Below are positions 42,169-54,517 of a stretch of 64,000 nt of DNA, one piece after another. The DNA is taken from the NCBI RefSeq assembly GCF_001677475.2, contig NZ_CP015229.1, one strand, 5' to 3'. This stretch comes from Escherichia coli (lineage in GTDB: Bacteria > Pseudomonadota > Gammaproteobacteria > Enterobacterales > Enterobacteriaceae). Within the stretch, counting starts at the first letter, position 1; each line of letters starts with the position of its first letter. The notes beneath the pieces were generated by a model. The model had not been told where the DNA came from. It saw nothing but the letters and a program-made list of their open reading frames with translations, and searched no databases. A program made the position numbers and the translations under genes.

Positions 42169-43602
42169 CTATTTCAAGCGATAGTAAAGCTCACGGTACG
42201 ACTTCGCCGCGACCTGCCAGCTAAAATCCATTGCCATAGCCTGACGTTGCACAAACCGCCACAGTGAAGGACGGGACCACAGTACAAAAGCACGTCGAAT
42301 AGCCCGTAACAGCGACCAGGCATTACTATCTTCAAAGACAAACCCACTGGCGACGCCATCTGCAAGGTTCTCAAGAGAACAGTCAGAAACCGTATCAGCA
42401 AGCCCACCGGTGCGCCGCACTAACGGCAGCGTACCGTACTTCAATCCATAAAGTTGCGTTAAGCCGCACGGTTCAAAACGGCTGGGCACCAGAATGACGT
42501 CCGCGCCGCCCATAATGCGATGCGAAAATGCTTCGTGATAGCCAATCTGAACGCCCACCTGGCCGGGGTATTCCGCTGCCGCCGCAAGGAAACCTTCCTG
42601 CAGCACCGGATCGCCCGCGCCGAGTAGCGCCAACTGCCCGCCCTGCTCCAGAAGACCCGGTAAGGCTTCCAGCACCAGGTCGAGACCTTTCTGGCTGGTC
42701 AGACGGCTCACCACTGCAAAAAGCGGCACTTTATCGTCAACCTTAAGCCCCATTGCGATTTGTAACTGGCGCTTATTTTCCGCTTTATCTTCCAACGTAT
42801 CGCGGGTGTAGCGCGAGGCCAACAGTAAGTCCGTCTCTGGACTCCAGATTTTCTCGTCCACGCCGTTCAGTACGCCTGAAAGACGCCCTTCACGGTGACG
42901 CTGTTGCAACAGACCTTCCATACCGTAGGCAAACTGCGGTTCGGTGATCTCGCGAGCGTAGGTTGGACTGACCGCCGTAATGTGATCGGCATAGTACAGA
43001 CCGGCCTTCAGGAAAGAGATTTGTCCGTTGAATTCCAGCCCATGAATATTAAAGAATGACCATGGCAATTGGATGTCATTCATATGATGTGCATAAAACA
43101 TGCCTTGATAGGCCAGGTTGTGCACAGTAAACACCGACTTCGCCGGACGCCCGCGCGCCGCCAGATACGCAGGCGCAAGGCCTGCATGCCAGTCGTGCGC
43201 ATGCACCACATCAGGACGCCAGAATGGGTCAAGACCGCTGGCCATTTCTGCCCCAACCCACCCCAGCAGCGCAAAACGCAATACGTTGTCGGTATAGGCA
43301 AATAAGTTGGTATCGTGATACGGGCTTCCCGGACGATCATAGAGATGCGGCGCGTCAATCAGGTAAATGCCAACCCCGTTGTAATGACCGAACAACAGCG
43401 TGATATGTCCGGCGAAGGTATCACGACGGGATACTACCTGCGCATCGGTCACGCCACGGCGAATATCGGGAAATGCAGGCAACAGTACGCGAGCGTCAAC
43501 GCCGTCTGCGATTTGTGCTGCGGGTAATGCCCCAATAACATCAGCCAGACCGCCGGTTTTAAGCAGCGGGAACATCTCTGAACATACATGTAAAACCTGC
43601 AT
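42169..43602 (-). CDS. glgA: Glycogen synthase
   Basis: 477-aa ORF; N-terminal KTGGLADV motif. Confidence 0.97.
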
Positions 43603-44897
43603 TATCGCTCCTGTTTATGCCCTAACTTCCGTAGCATTTCGCGCGTTACCAGCACGATGCCTTCTTCTGAACGATAGAAACGACGTGCATCTTCCTCTGC
43701 GTTTTCACCAATCACCATGCCTTCCGGAATAACACAAGCACGATCGATGACGCAGCGGCGCAGACGGCACGAGCGACCTACCCATACTTCCGGTAACAAT
43801 ACGGCGGAATCAATGTTGCAGAATGAATTCACGCGAACGCGCGAGAACAGAACGGACTGCACCACCACCGAGCCGGAGATTACACAACCGCCGGAAACCA
43901 GTGAGTTAAGGGTCATCCCGTGGCTACCGGAGCGATCCTGCACGAATTTCGCTGGCGGTAATGATTCATTGTAGGTGCGAATTGGCCAATTGCGATCGTA
44001 CATATCCAGTTCCGGCACCACAGAGGCCAGATCGAGGTTCGCTTTCCAGTAAGCTTCCAGCGTACCCACATCGCGCCAGTACGGCTCGGCATCCGGGTCG
44101 GATTGTACGCAAGAGAGCGGGAACGGGTGCGCATAGGCCAGACCGGCTTCGGTGATCTTGGGAATCAAATCTTTGCCAAAGTCGTGGCTGGAGTTCTCAT
44201 CGCGATCGTCTTCTTCCAGCAGTTCATACAGATAGTCGGCGTCAAAGACGTAGATACCCATACTCGCCAGAGATTTGCTCGGATCGTTCGGCATTGACGG
44301 TGGGTTAGCAGGTTTTTCAACGAATTCGATAATTTTATCGTTCTCATCAACCGCCATAACACCAAATGCGGAGGCTTCTTCAATCGGTACTGGCATACAA
44401 GCAACGGTGCAACGTGCGCCTTTTTCGACGTGATCGATAAGCATACGCGAGTAGTCTTGCTTGTAGATATGGTCGCCCGCCAGGATTACCACGTATTCCG
44501 CTTTATAACGGCGGATAATATCGAGGTTTTGGGTGACCGCATCTGCGGTGCCGCGATACCAGTTTTCCCCTTTCATTCTCTGCTGTGCTGGCAGCAGATC
44601 GACAAACTCGTTCATTTCTTCATTGAAGAATGACCAGCCGCGCTGAATGTGCTGCACCAGAGTGTGGGACTGGTACTGGGTGATCACGCCCATACGACGG
44701 ATCCCGGAGTTGATGCAGTTAGACAGCGCAAAGTCAATAATGCGGAACTTACCGCCGAAGTGTACGGCCGGTTTTGCTCGCTTATTGGTTAAATCCTTCA
44801 GGCGGGTACCACGTCCTCCCGCCAGTATCAGGGCAACAGATTTCAATGGCAGCTGGCGCGCCAACATTAAGTGATCGTTCTTCTCTAAACTAACCAT
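43602..44897 (-). CDS. glgC: Glucose-1-phosphate adenylyltransferase
   Basis: Track ORF 43602..44933; start at ATG 44895-44897 ([17 protein letters not shown]) with AAGGAG upstream; 431 aa. Confidence 0.96.
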
Positions 44898-44975
44898 GAC
44901 TAACTCCTTTTTTATCATCTCTGGAACACACACAATCCGTGTGCAGGTCCCTGCCAGACAGCCGTAATCACTGGG
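44898..44975 (-). promoter_or_regulatory. glgC 5' leader, overlapping the 3' end of glgX; known target of CsrA
   Basis: Leader reads ...CACACGGAUUGUGUGUGUUCCAGAGAUGAUAAAAAAGGAGUUAGUC-AUG with GGA motifs in a hairpin loop and at the Shine-Dalgarno. Confidence 0.55.
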
Positions 44976-46888
44976 TTATCCTCTCCAGCGAATGGGGGAA
45001 TGGCGTGCCACTCCCCAGCAGGTAAAACAATCTCTGTTACCTCAAGCGTGGCGTTAATTGCGATCAAAAAGCGATCCGAGAGCAGAATTTGCAGCTGTTT
45101 CGGCCCGTTTTGCCACTCATCCGTGCTTAAAGGTTGAGCATATCGATTTAGCCAACGGACATTGCCGTCGCCTTCTTCCCACCAGCGATTCTCCACCAAA
45201 GCGGGAATGCGCTTGCGCAGATGGATTAACGCGGCGGTAAATGCGGTTAAACCACTGCTTGCCTGCGACCAGTCCAACCAGGTTAATTGGTTATCCTGAC
45301 AGTAGGCATTGTTATTGCCATGCTGGCTGTGACCATGTTCGTCACCGGCCAGTAACATCGGCGTACCCTGGGAGAGCAACAACGTTGTTAACAGGGCGTG
45401 AATGCTGTCGCGCCGCCGTTCAACCAGGTCAAGAGTACCGCCTAACCCTTCTTTACCATGATTGTTACTGTAATTGTTGTTGGTCCCGTCGCGATTTTCT
45501 TCTCCGTTTGCTTCATTGTGTTTATGGTTGAAACAAACGCAGTCGCGAAGCGTAAAACCGTCATGCGCGGTGACGAGATTAATCGCGGCACTCGGCAGAC
45601 GACCATTACGTTTAAAAACATCGCTGGAGGCAGCAAAACGCCCGGCAAACGCCCCCAGAGGCAAATCATAATGTAGCCAGAAACGACGGGCAGCATCGCG
45701 GAAATGATCGTTCCACTCGGCAAACAGCGGCGGGAAATTTCCCACCTGATAACCACCAGGAGCGATATCCCACGGTTCAGCAATTAACTTCACCTGCGAG
45801 AGCACCGGGCAGTTCTGGATAGCGGTAAACAACGGCGCATCCTGACGGAACTCTGGCGTACGGCCCATGACTGCCGCCAGATCAAAGCGGAAACCATCGA
45901 CGTGGCAGGTTTCTACCCAATAACGCAGGCAGGCGCTGGCATAATCCACCACCGCCGGATGACTCAAATTGAGCGTGTTGCCACAACCGGTCCAGTTGTG
46001 ATAATCGCCGTCTTCTCTTATCCAATAATAGCTACGGTTGTCGATCCCACGCAGCGAGAATAACGGGCCGTCGAGGTCCAGTTCCGCACTATGGTTGAGC
46101 ACGATATCAAGAATGACTTCGATACCCGCTTTATGCAGTGCTTTGATTGCATCGCGAAACTCATCCAGCGCCGTTTCTGGCGAGCAGGCATACGCCGGAT
46201 GCAGCGCAAACATCGCCACCGGGTTATAACCCCAGTAGTTACTTAGACCCATACGTTGCAGGCGTGGTTCGCTGGCAAACTGCGCCACCGGCAGCAGTTC
46301 CAGCGCGGTAATGCCCAACTGTTTCAAATAGTTGATCATCACCGGATGCCCCAGGGCTTTATAAGTGCCACGGATCTCGACTGGGATCTCCGGGTGCAGG
46401 TACGTTAATCCTTTGACATGGGCTTCATAAATGATGGTGCTGCCCCACGGCGTGCGCGGCGGGGCATCATCTTCCCAGTCATAGTGATCAACCACCACTA
46501 CGCATTTCGGCGCAATGGCGGCGTTGTCGCGATAGTCAGGTTCATTATGACCGGCGTGCAGCAGCGGGTTATCTTTAAACTCCCCGTCAATTTGCCGCGC
46601 GCAAGGATCAATCAACAACTTCGCCGGGTTAAAGCGATGCCCCTCGGCGGGTTGCCAGGGGCCATGAACGCGATAACCATAACGCAAACCCGGGCGCGCA
46701 TCCGGCAGATAACCGTGCCAAATGTCGCCACTGTGCCCTGGCAAGTCATAGCGATGTTCCTGGCCATTGGCGTCAAAGACACACAGTTCTACCCGCTCGG
46801 CATGAGCGGAGAAAAGTGTGAAGTTGACGCCCTGACCGTCGTAATGCGCGCCGAGGGGAGCGGGTTTGCCAATGGCGAGTTGTGTCAT
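44915..46888 (-). CDS. glgX: Glycogen debranching enzyme
   Basis: 657-aa ORF; GH13 family; overlaps glgB stop by 4 nt. Confidence 0.96.
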
Positions 46889-49071
46889 TCTGCCTCCCGA
46901 ACCAGCCAGATAGTGGCCAGCGGTGGTAGCGTCAGGCTTAGTGAATGCTGACGACCGTGGCTGGCAATCTCATCGCTGTGTACCGTGCCGCCATTGCCTG
47001 CATTACTGCCGTGATAGTGCATGGAATCGGTATTGAGGATCTCACGCCATTTGCCCGGCTGATTGATGCCGAAGCGATAATCATGACGCGGCACCGGCGT
47101 AAAGTTACTGGCAACGATGATTTCGTTACCCTCTTTATCGCGACGCACAAAGATCAGCACCGAGCGTTCTTTGTCATCCACCACCAGCCATTCAAAGCCG
47201 TACGGGTCAAAATCCAGTTCATGCATTGCTTTATGGTGGCGGTAGGTGAGGTTCAGATCGCGCACCAGACGCTGGACACCGTGGTGCCAGTTATCGCCGC
47301 CTTCCAACAGATGCCAGTCGAGGCTGGCGTCATGGTTCCACTCGCGGCCCTGGGCAAATTCGTTCCCCATGAACAGCAGTTTCTTGCCCGGGAATGCCCA
47401 CATCCAGCCGTAGTAGGCGCGCAGGTTAGCGAATTTCTGCCATGCGTCGCCCGGCATCCGGTCGAGAATCGATTTTTTACCGTGGACCACTTCATCATGC
47501 GACAACGGCAGGACGAAGTTTTCAGTGTAGTTGTAGAGCATCCCGAAGGTCAGTTTATCGTGATGATACTGACGATAAACCGGGTCGAGCTTCATGTAGT
47601 CCAGGGTGTCATGCATCCAGCCTAGGTTCCACTTGTACCAGAAGCCCAGACCGCCCATATCCTGCGGACGAGAAACGCCTGGGAAATCGGTAGACTCCTC
47701 AGCCATTGTCACCGCACCGGAAACCTGCTCACCAAGAATACGGTTGGTATTACGCAAGAATTCAATCGCTTCAAGATTCTCGCGCCCGCCAAATTCGTTC
47801 GGGATCCACTCCCCCTCTTTACGGCTGTAGTCGCGATAAATCATTGACGCCACCGCATCGACGCGCAGCGCATCAATACCAAAACGTTCAATCCAGTAAA
47901 GCGCGTTACCGACAAGGAAGTTACTGACTTCACGGCGACCATAGTTGTAGATCAGCGTGTTCCAGTCCTGATGATAGCCTTCGCGCGGATCGCTGTGTTC
48001 ATACAAGTTCGTGCCATCAAATTCGGCAAGCGCAAAGTCATCGGTCGGGAAGTGGCCTGGCACCCAGTCGAGAATCACGTTCAGACCAGCTGCGTGTGCA
48101 GCATCAATGAAATAACGGAAGTCGTCGCGAGTACCAAAACGGCGGGTCGGTGCATACAGGCCGGTTGGCTGATAACCCCAACTGCCATCGAAGGGATGCT
48201 CGTTAATGGGCAGTAGCTCGAGATGGGTAAAGCCCATCCATTTAGCATAAGGCACCAGTTGATCGGCCAGCTCGCGGTAGCTCAACCAGAAATTGTTGTC
48301 GGTGTGACGACGCCAGGAGCCCAGGTGAACTTCATAAATAGAGATTGGCGCATCAAACTGATTCGCTTTTTTGCGCTCTTCAGTCTGTACAACCTTTTCC
48401 GGCAGCCCACAAATAAGAGACGCGGTTTCCGGGCGCATTTGCGCTTCGAAGGCATAAGGGTCGGACTTCAGACGCAAGTTGCCATTGGCATCAATCATCT
48501 CGTATTTATAGAGCTGACCGTTATGCGCCCCAGGGATAAACAGTTCCCAGATGCCGCTCTCTTTACGCAGACGCATCGGGTGACGGCGACCGTCCCAGTA
48601 GTTGAATTGCCCAACCACCGAGACCCGACGGGCGTTTGGAGCCCAGACAGAGAAACGCGTACCTGTGACGCCATCCATAGTATCTGCATGCGCGCCTAAG
48701 GTTTCATACGGGCGCAGGTGAGTACCTTCAGATAATAGCCAGGCATCCATTTCCTGGATTAGCGGACCAAAACGGTAAGGATCATCAATCAGGTTTTGCT
48801 GACCATGCCAGACAACAGCCAACTGATAGCGGAAAAAATTCTTACGTCGCGGAATGACACCGCTAAAGAATCCCCGTGAGTCGAGACACTCCAGTTTTGC
48901 GAGTTTGCGCCCGGTTTTCGGTTCAATCACCCACACATCGGTAGCGTCGGGTAAAAGGGCACGGACTTCCAGTCCCGCGGTGGTTTTATGCATCCCCAGT
49001 ACGGAAAAAGGATCCGCAAAATGGCCTGCAATTAGCGCGTTAATCACGTCTCTATCGATACGATCGGACAT
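46885..49071 (-). CDS. glgB: 1,4-alpha-glucan branching enzyme
   Basis: 728-aa ORF; GH13 family. Confidence 0.96.
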   Translation of the reverse strand: MSDRIDRDVINALIAGHFADPFSVLGMHKTTAGLEVRALLPDATDVWVIEPKTGRKLAKLECLDSRGFFSGVIPRRKNFFRYQLAVVWHGQQNLIDDPYRFGPLIQEMDAWLLSEGTHLRPYETLGAHADTMDGVTGTRFSVWAPNARRVSVVGQFNYWDGRRHPMRLRKESGIWELFIPGAHNGQLYKYEMIDANGNLRLKSDPYAFEAQMRPETASLICGLPEKVVQTEERKKANQFDAPISIYEVHLGSWRRHTDNNFWLSYRELADQLVPYAKWMGFTHLELLPINEHPFDGSWGYQPTGLYAPTRRFGTRDDFRYFIDAAHAAGLNVILDWVPGHFPTDDFALAEFDGTNLYEHSDPREGYHQDWNTLIYNYGRREVSNFLVGNALYWIERFGIDALRVDAVASMIYRDYSRKEGEWIPNEFGGRENLEAIEFLRNTNRILGEQVSGAVTMAEESTDFPGVSRPQDMGGLGFWYKWNLGWMHDTLDYMKLDPVYRQYHHDKLTFGMLYNYTENFVLPLSHDEVVHGKKSILDRMPGDAWQKFANLRAYYGWMWAFPGKKLLFMGNEFAQGREWNHDASLDWHLLEGGDNWHHGVQRLVRDLNLTYRHHKAMHELDFDPYGFEWLVVDDKERSVLIFVRRDKEGNEIIVASNFTPVPRHDYRFGINQPGKWREILNTDSMHYHGSNAGNGGTVHSDEIASHGRQHSLSLTLPPLATIWLVREAE

Positions 49072-49343
49072 GCTTGTCTTCCTGTTTTATTGTGTCACCC
49101 CATCCAACTGGATTTTTGACTTCTGGTTGTGACATTTTTTTGACCTGAACGGCGCAGCACTCTGTGCATCCTCTCTGCGTCGTCCTCACTTCAGGTAAGG
49201 CTGTGAATACTCATGTATTCAGCCACCCTTAAAGAATAGCCAATGCTCTATTTAACTCCCGGTAAATCATGAAACATCTGCGCTTACTCCTGTATTACGC
49301 ACTAACAGGGGCGGCATCGCGCCCCAGATTTAATGAATAAAGA

Positions 49344-50447
49344 TTACGCCAGTTGACGAAGCATCCGACGCAGCGGCTCCGCGGCCCCCCACAGCAGCTG
49401 GTCGCCCACGGTAAAGGCTGACAGGAACTCTGGTCCCATATTCAGCTTACGCAGGCGGCCTACCGGCGTGGTCAGCGTGCCGGTAACGGCAGCTGGGGTT
49501 AGCTCACGCATAGTGATTTCCCGATCGTTCGGAACGACTTTCGCCCACGGATTGTGCGCAGCCAGCAGTTCTTCCACGGTCGGAATAGACACATCTTTTT
49601 TCAATTTAATAGTGAATGCCTGGCTGTGGCAGCGCAATGCCCCGACACGCACACATAAACCATCTACCGGAATTACGGAAGATGTGTTGAGGATCTTGTT
49701 GGTTTCCGCCTGCCCTTTCCACTCTTCGCGGCTCTGACCGTTATCAAGCTGTTTGTCGATCCACGGAATCAGGCTACCCGCCAGCGGCACGCCAAAGTTA
49801 TCCACCGGCAGCTCACCGCTACGGGTTAAGGTTGTGACTTTGCGTTCGATATCGAGAATAGCAGAGGACGGGGTCGCGAGTTCATCTGCCACATGGCTAT
49901 ACAGATGGCCCATCTGGGTTAATAACTCACGCATATGTCGCGCACCACCGCCGGAAGCGGCCTGGTAGGTTGCAACGGACACCCAATCAACAAGATCATT
50001 GGCGAATAAACCACCCAACGACATCAACATCAGGCTTACGGTACAGTTACCGCCAACAAAAGTCCTGATGCCATTATTTAATCCGTCGGTAATGACGTCC
50101 TGATTGACGGGGTCAAGAATGATGATGGCGTCATCTTTCATGCGCAGAGATGATGCTGCGTCAATCCAGTAACCTTGCCATCCGCTTTCACGAAGCTTTG
50201 GATAGATTTCGTTGGTATAATCGCCGCCCTGACAGGTCACAATGATATCGAGGGCCTTTAGCGCCTCCAGATCAAAGGCATCCTGAAGTGTGCCAGTGGT
50301 TCCGCCAAAAGACGGCGCAGCCTGACCAAGCTGAGAAGTAGAAAAGAAGACAGGGCGAATGGCGTCGAAGTCGCGCTCTTCAACCATGCGTTGCATGAGA
50401 ACGGAGCCGACCATACCGCGCCAGCCGATAAAACCAACATTTTTCAT
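49344..50447 (-). CDS. asd: Aspartate-semialdehyde dehydrogenase
   Basis: Track ORF 49344..50507; start at [14 protein letters not shown] (NAD-binding fold); 367 aa. Confidence 0.96.
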   Translation of the reverse strand: MKNVGFIGWRGMVGSVLMQRMVEERDFDAIRPVFFSTSQLGQAAPSFGGTTGTLQDAFDLEALKALDIIVTCQGGDYTNEIYPKLRESGWQGYWIDAASSLRMKDDAIIILDPVNQDVITDGLNNGIRTFVGGNCTVSLMLMSLGGLFANDLVDWVSVATYQAASGGGARHMRELLTQMGHLYSHVADELATPSSAILDIERKVTTLTRSGELPVDNFGVPLAGSLIPWIDKQLDNGQSREEWKGQAETNKILNTSSVIPVDGLCVRVGALRCHSQAFTIKLKKDVSIPTVEELLAAHNPWAKVVPNDREITMRELTPAAVTGTLTTPVGRLRKLNMGPEFLSAFTVGDQLLWGAAEPLRRMLRQLA

Positions 50448-50638
50448 AAGCGTTTTTTCCTGCAAAGATGTGTGCTGTATAAATGTGCCGGTCTCCTCTT
50501 GGCACATCTTTCACCATACAAAAAGCAGCCAAAGTCGCAAGTGAAATTAATCAATGATAGCGAAGCCATCAGTAATGCGACTTATCCTGCTTTGTTAGCA
50601 CGCAGAAAGTCCGCGGCAATTATCAGGGAATTTGAGTT

Positions 50639-51232
50639 ATGAATGAAATCATTTCTGCAGCAGTTTTATTGATCCTGATTATGGATCCGCTCGGAAACCT
50701 ACCTATTTTCATGTCCGTACTGAAACATACTGAACCGAAAAGACGGCGGGCAATCATGGTGCGAGAGTTGCTTATTGCTCTCCTGGTGATGCTGGTGTTC
50801 CTGTTTGCGGGTGAGAAAATTCTGGCATTTCTCAGCCTGCGAGCAGAAACCGTTTCCATTTCTGGCGGCATCATTCTGTTTCTGATCGCCATTAAGATGA
50901 TTTTCCCCAGCGCTTCAGGAAATAGCAGCGGGCTTCCGGCAGGTGAAGAGCCGTTTATCGTGCCGTTGGCAATTCCGTTAGTCGCCGGGCCGACTATTCT
51001 CGCCACGCTGATGTTGTTGTCTCATCAGTACCCGAATCAGATGGGACATCTGGTGATTGCTCTGCTGCTGGCCTGGGGCGGCACCTTTGTTATCCTTCTA
51101 CAGTCTTCGCTATTTTTACGTCTGCTGGGCGAGAAAGGGGTGAATGCACTTGAACGCCTGATGGGATTGATTCTGGTGATGATGGCAACCCAGATGTTCC
51201 TCGACGGCATTCGAATGTGGATGAAGGGGTAA
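50639..51232 (+). CDS. yhgN: YhgN, MarC-family (UPF0056) inner-membrane protein
   Basis: 197-aa polytopic ORF between asd and gntU. Confidence 0.9.
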   Translation: MNEIISAAVLLILIMDPLGNLPIFMSVLKHTEPKRRRAIMVRELLIALLVMLVFLFAGEKILAFLSLRAETVSISGGIILFLIAIKMIFPSASGNSSGLPAGEEPFIVPLAIPLVAGPTILATLMLLSHQYPNQMGHLVIALLLAWGGTFVILLQSSLFLRLLGEKGVNALERLMGLILVMMATQMFLDGIRMWMKG

Positions 51233-51254
51233 CGAGGAGCGTTTTTCGAAAAGA

Positions 51255-51280
51255 GCCCGGTAGCGTCACAACTACCGGGC
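51255..51280. terminator. Hairpin between convergent yhgN and gntU
   Basis: GCCCGGTAGcgtcacaaCTACCGGGC inverted repeat. Confidence 0.6.
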
Positions 51281-51288
51281 GAACAAAC

Positions 51289-52629
51289 TTAACTCAACAG
51301 CTGGAAAGCAATCATCCCAACGATGGCACCGACAGTGCCGAGGATGGTTTCCATCATGGTCCAGGTTTTCAGTGTTTCGGCTTCAGTCGCGCCGGTAAAT
51401 TTACCGAACAACCAGAAACCGGCGTCGTTAACGTGGCTGACAACAATCGAACCACCGGCGATACAAATCGACAGCGCCGCCATTTGCGCACCGGAGTAGT
51501 TCAGTTGTTCAATAACCGGCATCACCAGTCCCACCGCCGTTAAACAGGCAACGGTGGCAGAACCCTGAATGATGCGCACTGCAGCTGCCAGCACGAAGCA
51601 GGTGATGGCAATCGGCAGGCCCATGCCGGTTAACGCTTCGCCCAGTGCCGGACCTACGCCAGAGTCAACCAGCACCTGTTTGAACACGCCGCCTGCACCA
51701 ATCACCAGCAGAATGATCCCCGCCGGTTGCAGCGCGTGACCACAAATTTCCATCACTTTGTCTTTTGGCATGCCCTGACGCATTGCCAGGCCATAAATTG
51801 CTACCAGACAAGCAACCAGAATCGCAGTAAACGGATGACCGATAAACTCAAACCATTCGTAAGCAGTTGATCCTTCTGGTACAAAACGCGCGGCAATGGT
51901 TTTAAGCCCTACCAGTACCAGCGGCAGCAGGATCAGCGACAGGCTAAATCCGAAAGATGGCATTTTGCCTTCACCGAGATGCGGTTCGCTGATGTCGTCA
52001 GGAATATGCAGCTCAACGTAACGGCTGATGAAGTTACCCCACAGCGGCCCGGCAATAATCATTCCCGGAATTGCCGCACACAGGCCAATCAGGATCATCC
52101 AGCCAAAATCGGCGTTCATCTGCGATGCCAGCAGCATTGGCGCAGGTCCAGGCACCAGGAATGCCGCCGCTGCCGCCACGCCTGCGAATAATGGGATTAC
52201 AAGCTTCACCAGGTTCGTACCGGTGTGGCGCGCCATTGAGAAAGCAACGCTAATCAGCAGAACAATCGCCACTTCAAAGAACAGCGGTAGTGCACAGACC
52301 AGCCCCGCAAGGCCGATGGCATAATGCGCGCGGCTGTGACCGAAGGATTTGAGCATTTTGACGGCAATCTGATCGACTGCGCCGGTTTCATGTAAGATCT
52401 TGCCAAACATAGCTCCCAGGGCGACAACCACCGCCAGGAAGCCGAGGGTGCCTCCCATCCCTTTTTCCATCGTCGCTGCGATTTTATCGAGCGGCATACC
52501 GGAAAAAAGGCCAGCCCCCATGGACACCACCATTAAAGCCAGGAAAGCGTGCATACGCGCCTTCATGACTAAAAACAGCAGCAGTAAAACAGACCCTACT
52601 GCTGTTAAAACAAGCGTTAATGTAGTCAC
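51289..52629 (-). CDS. gntU: Low-affinity gluconate transporter GntU (GntP family)
   Basis: 446-aa ORF, paralogous to gntT in this window, downstream of gntK. Confidence 0.93.
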   Translation of the reverse strand: MTTLTLVLTAVGSVLLLLFLVMKARMHAFLALMVVSMGAGLFSGMPLDKIAATMEKGMGGTLGFLAVVVALGAMFGKILHETGAVDQIAVKMLKSFGHSRAHYAIGLAGLVCALPLFFEVAIVLLISVAFSMARHTGTNLVKLVIPLFAGVAAAAAFLVPGPAPMLLASQMNADFGWMILIGLCAAIPGMIIAGPLWGNFISRYVELHIPDDISEPHLGEGKMPSFGFSLSLILLPLVLVGLKTIAARFVPEGSTAYEWFEFIGHPFTAILVACLVAIYGLAMRQGMPKDKVMEICGHALQPAGIILLVIGAGGVFKQVLVDSGVGPALGEALTGMGLPIAITCFVLAAAVRIIQGSATVACLTAVGLVMPVIEQLNYSGAQMAALSICIAGGSIVVSHVNDAGFWLFGKFTGATEAETLKTWTMMETILGTVGAIVGMIAFQLLS

Positions 52630-52632
52630 TAC

Positions 52633-53160
52633 TTATTTGCCTTTTTTAATAACCTCGATGGTGCTTGCCACAACACCTTCCAGCGGTTGATCGATATCCA
52701 CCACCAGTACATCGGTTTCGTCCGCACCCGGCTCCTGCAGCGTTTCAAACTGCGTCACCAACATTTGGGTTTTAAAGAAATGGCCTTTGCGCGCTTTCAG
52801 GCGGCTTTCAATCACATCAAAATCGCCTTTCAGGTAGATGAACGAGAGATTCGGATTACCTTCACGCAGCAAGTCGCGATAGTGTTTTTTCAGTGCAGAA
52901 CAGACGATCAGCGACACTTTATTGGTGCGCTGCATAGCAAACGCGGCGTCGTTCAGCGCCTGCAACCACGGTTTGCGATCGTCGTCATTCAGCGGTTCAC
53001 CAGACGCCATTTTTTCGATATTGCGCCGTGGATGGAGGAAATCGCCATCAAGAAACGCGGCATGAAGTTGATGCGCCACTTCACTGGCGACCGCAGATTT
53101 GCCGCTGCCCGATACGCCCATCAGAACGTAAATGTGGTGATCATGGTTAGTCGTGCTCAA
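52633..53160 (-). CDS. gntK: Gluconokinase GntK
   Basis: Track ORF 52633..53181; start is a TTG at 53158-53160 giving 175 aa (xSTTNHDHHIYVLMGVSGSGKS, P-loop). Confidence 0.92.
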   Translation of the reverse strand: MSTTNHDHHIYVLMGVSGSGKSAVASEVAHQLHAAFLDGDFLHPRRNIEKMASGEPLNDDDRKPWLQALNDAAFAMQRTNKVSLIVCSALKKHYRDLLREGNPNLSFIYLKGDFDVIESRLKARKGHFFKTQMLVTQFETLQEPGADETDVLVVDIDQPLEGVVASTIEVIKKGK

Positions 53161-53190
53161 AGTGGTGCCCCCACAATACAAGAATTAAAA

Positions 53191-53220
53191 ATGTTACGGG
53201 TAACTGTTATCGGTAACATT
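53191..53220. promoter_or_regulatory. Tandem GntR operator-like sites in the gntKU promoter
   Basis: ATGTTACGGGTAACTGTTATCGGTAACAT, two overlapping ATGTTA-N4-TAACAT-type sites 30-60 bp upstream of the gntK TTG start. Confidence 0.6.
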
Positions 53221-53298
53221 GTCCAGCCGGACAATATCAGAAGCAATATCCATCCGTGCCTTAAGTGTATAAGTGTGAGCTACTTCAAATTTGTAGGC

Positions 53299-54294
53299 TT
53301 AAATAGATCCGCCCGGTGACAAGGTGAAACCTAAATCTAACATTTTCGGTGTCACAGATTCGCCACGAATACGCGCCAGCAGGCGTTCAGCGCCAATACT
53401 GCCCATCCGCTCACGCGGCGTCAGTACGCTCGCCAACCGTGGTTCCATCACCTGACCAATGTCATGACCATGGAAACCGGCAATCGCCATATCGTCAGGA
53501 ACTTTCAACCCCAGACGCTGGCATTCAAACGCCGCGCCGACTGCCAGGTCATCATTAGTACAGAACACGCCATCCAGCTGCGGATATTCCCGCCTCGCCT
53601 GGCGAATCAGTTCAATACCGGAAGAGTAAGAAGAAGATTGCTCAACCATCACGCTATATGGCACCAGGCCTGCATCCAGCATCGCCTGTTCGTATCCCTT
53701 CTGTTTGATGATAGTACGTTCGTCGAGACGTGCGCCGAGATAGGCAATGTGGCGATGCCCGCGAGCAATAATGGCGGTGGTCATCTGCCGTGCCGCTTCA
53801 AAGTTATCAAAACCGACGGCGATATCGAGGCACGGCGACTGGCTGTCCATCAACTCCACCACCGGGATCCCCGCCACTTCAATCATCTTTAAGGTGCGCG
53901 GCGTGTGGGTACGTTCGGTGAGGATCAGTCCGTCGATATTCCATGAGAGCATTGATTCGAGGCGTTCTTGCTCCATTTCCGGTTTATAACCGTAGTGGGC
54001 CAGCATGGTCTGATAACCGTGCGCGTCGGTGACGCTTTCGATTCCGCGTAATACTTCCGCGAAAACCTGGTTGGTGAGAGAAGGTAACAGGACGCCAATC
54101 GCCCGGCTGGTGGCGTTAGAGAGGATATCGGGCGCACGATTGGGAATATAGCCCAGTTCATCAAGAGCGGCGGCAATCTTGCCGCGTAGAGCGACGGAAA
54201 CCTGCTCCGGGTTGCGTAAAAAACGGCTGACCGTCATTTTGGTCACGCCTACACGGTCAGCCACATCCTGAAGTACGGGTCTTTTCTTTTTCAT
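53299..54294 (-). CDS. gntR: GntR, LacI-family gluconate repressor
   Basis: 331-aa ORF; N-terminal LacI-type HTH (VLQDVADRVGVTKMTVSR). Confidence 0.95.
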   Translation of the reverse strand: MKKKRPVLQDVADRVGVTKMTVSRFLRNPEQVSVALRGKIAAALDELGYIPNRAPDILSNATSRAIGVLLPSLTNQVFAEVLRGIESVTDAHGYQTMLAHYGYKPEMEQERLESMLSWNIDGLILTERTHTPRTLKMIEVAGIPVVELMDSQSPCLDIAVGFDNFEAARQMTTAIIARGHRHIAYLGARLDERTIIKQKGYEQAMLDAGLVPYSVMVEQSSSYSSGIELIRQARREYPQLDGVFCTNDDLAVGAAFECQRLGLKVPDDMAIAGFHGHDIGQVMEPRLASVLTPRERMGSIGAERLLARIRGESVTPKMLDLGFTLSPGGSI

Positions 54295-54517
54295 CGTCCT
54301 GAAGGTACAAAAGAGATAGATTCTCTTAGTTTAACACGGACGCCTCAGAACCTTCCCGGGGAAAACAGTGCTTGTTTACAATTATTAGATATACACTAAA
54401 TCAATTGCATCGCATTGTGCTAACGACGCGGCAAAACCCCGGAAGCGTACATCAGCACGCGACCGGAGCGAGCGAGGAAGCCTGCAAAAAGGCAGGCTTC
54501 AAAGATGCCGTTGAGTT

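Noticed and set aside
46945-47625. 226-aa plus-strand ORF antisense to glgB
   Set aside because: Shadow ORF opposite a conserved gene.
49269-49340. 23-codon plus-strand ORF (MKHLRLLLYYALTGAASRPRFNE) in the glgB-asd intergenic region
   Set aside because: No convincing Shine-Dalgarno; overlaps a GC-rich hairpin (GGGGCGgcatCGCGCCCC) that more likely belongs to the asd 3' region.
54476-54497. Hairpin AAGCCTGCaaaaagGCAGGCTT downstream of yhhW
   Set aside because: Inverted repeat is real but lacks a U-tract in the right orientation; not confident enough to call a terminator.
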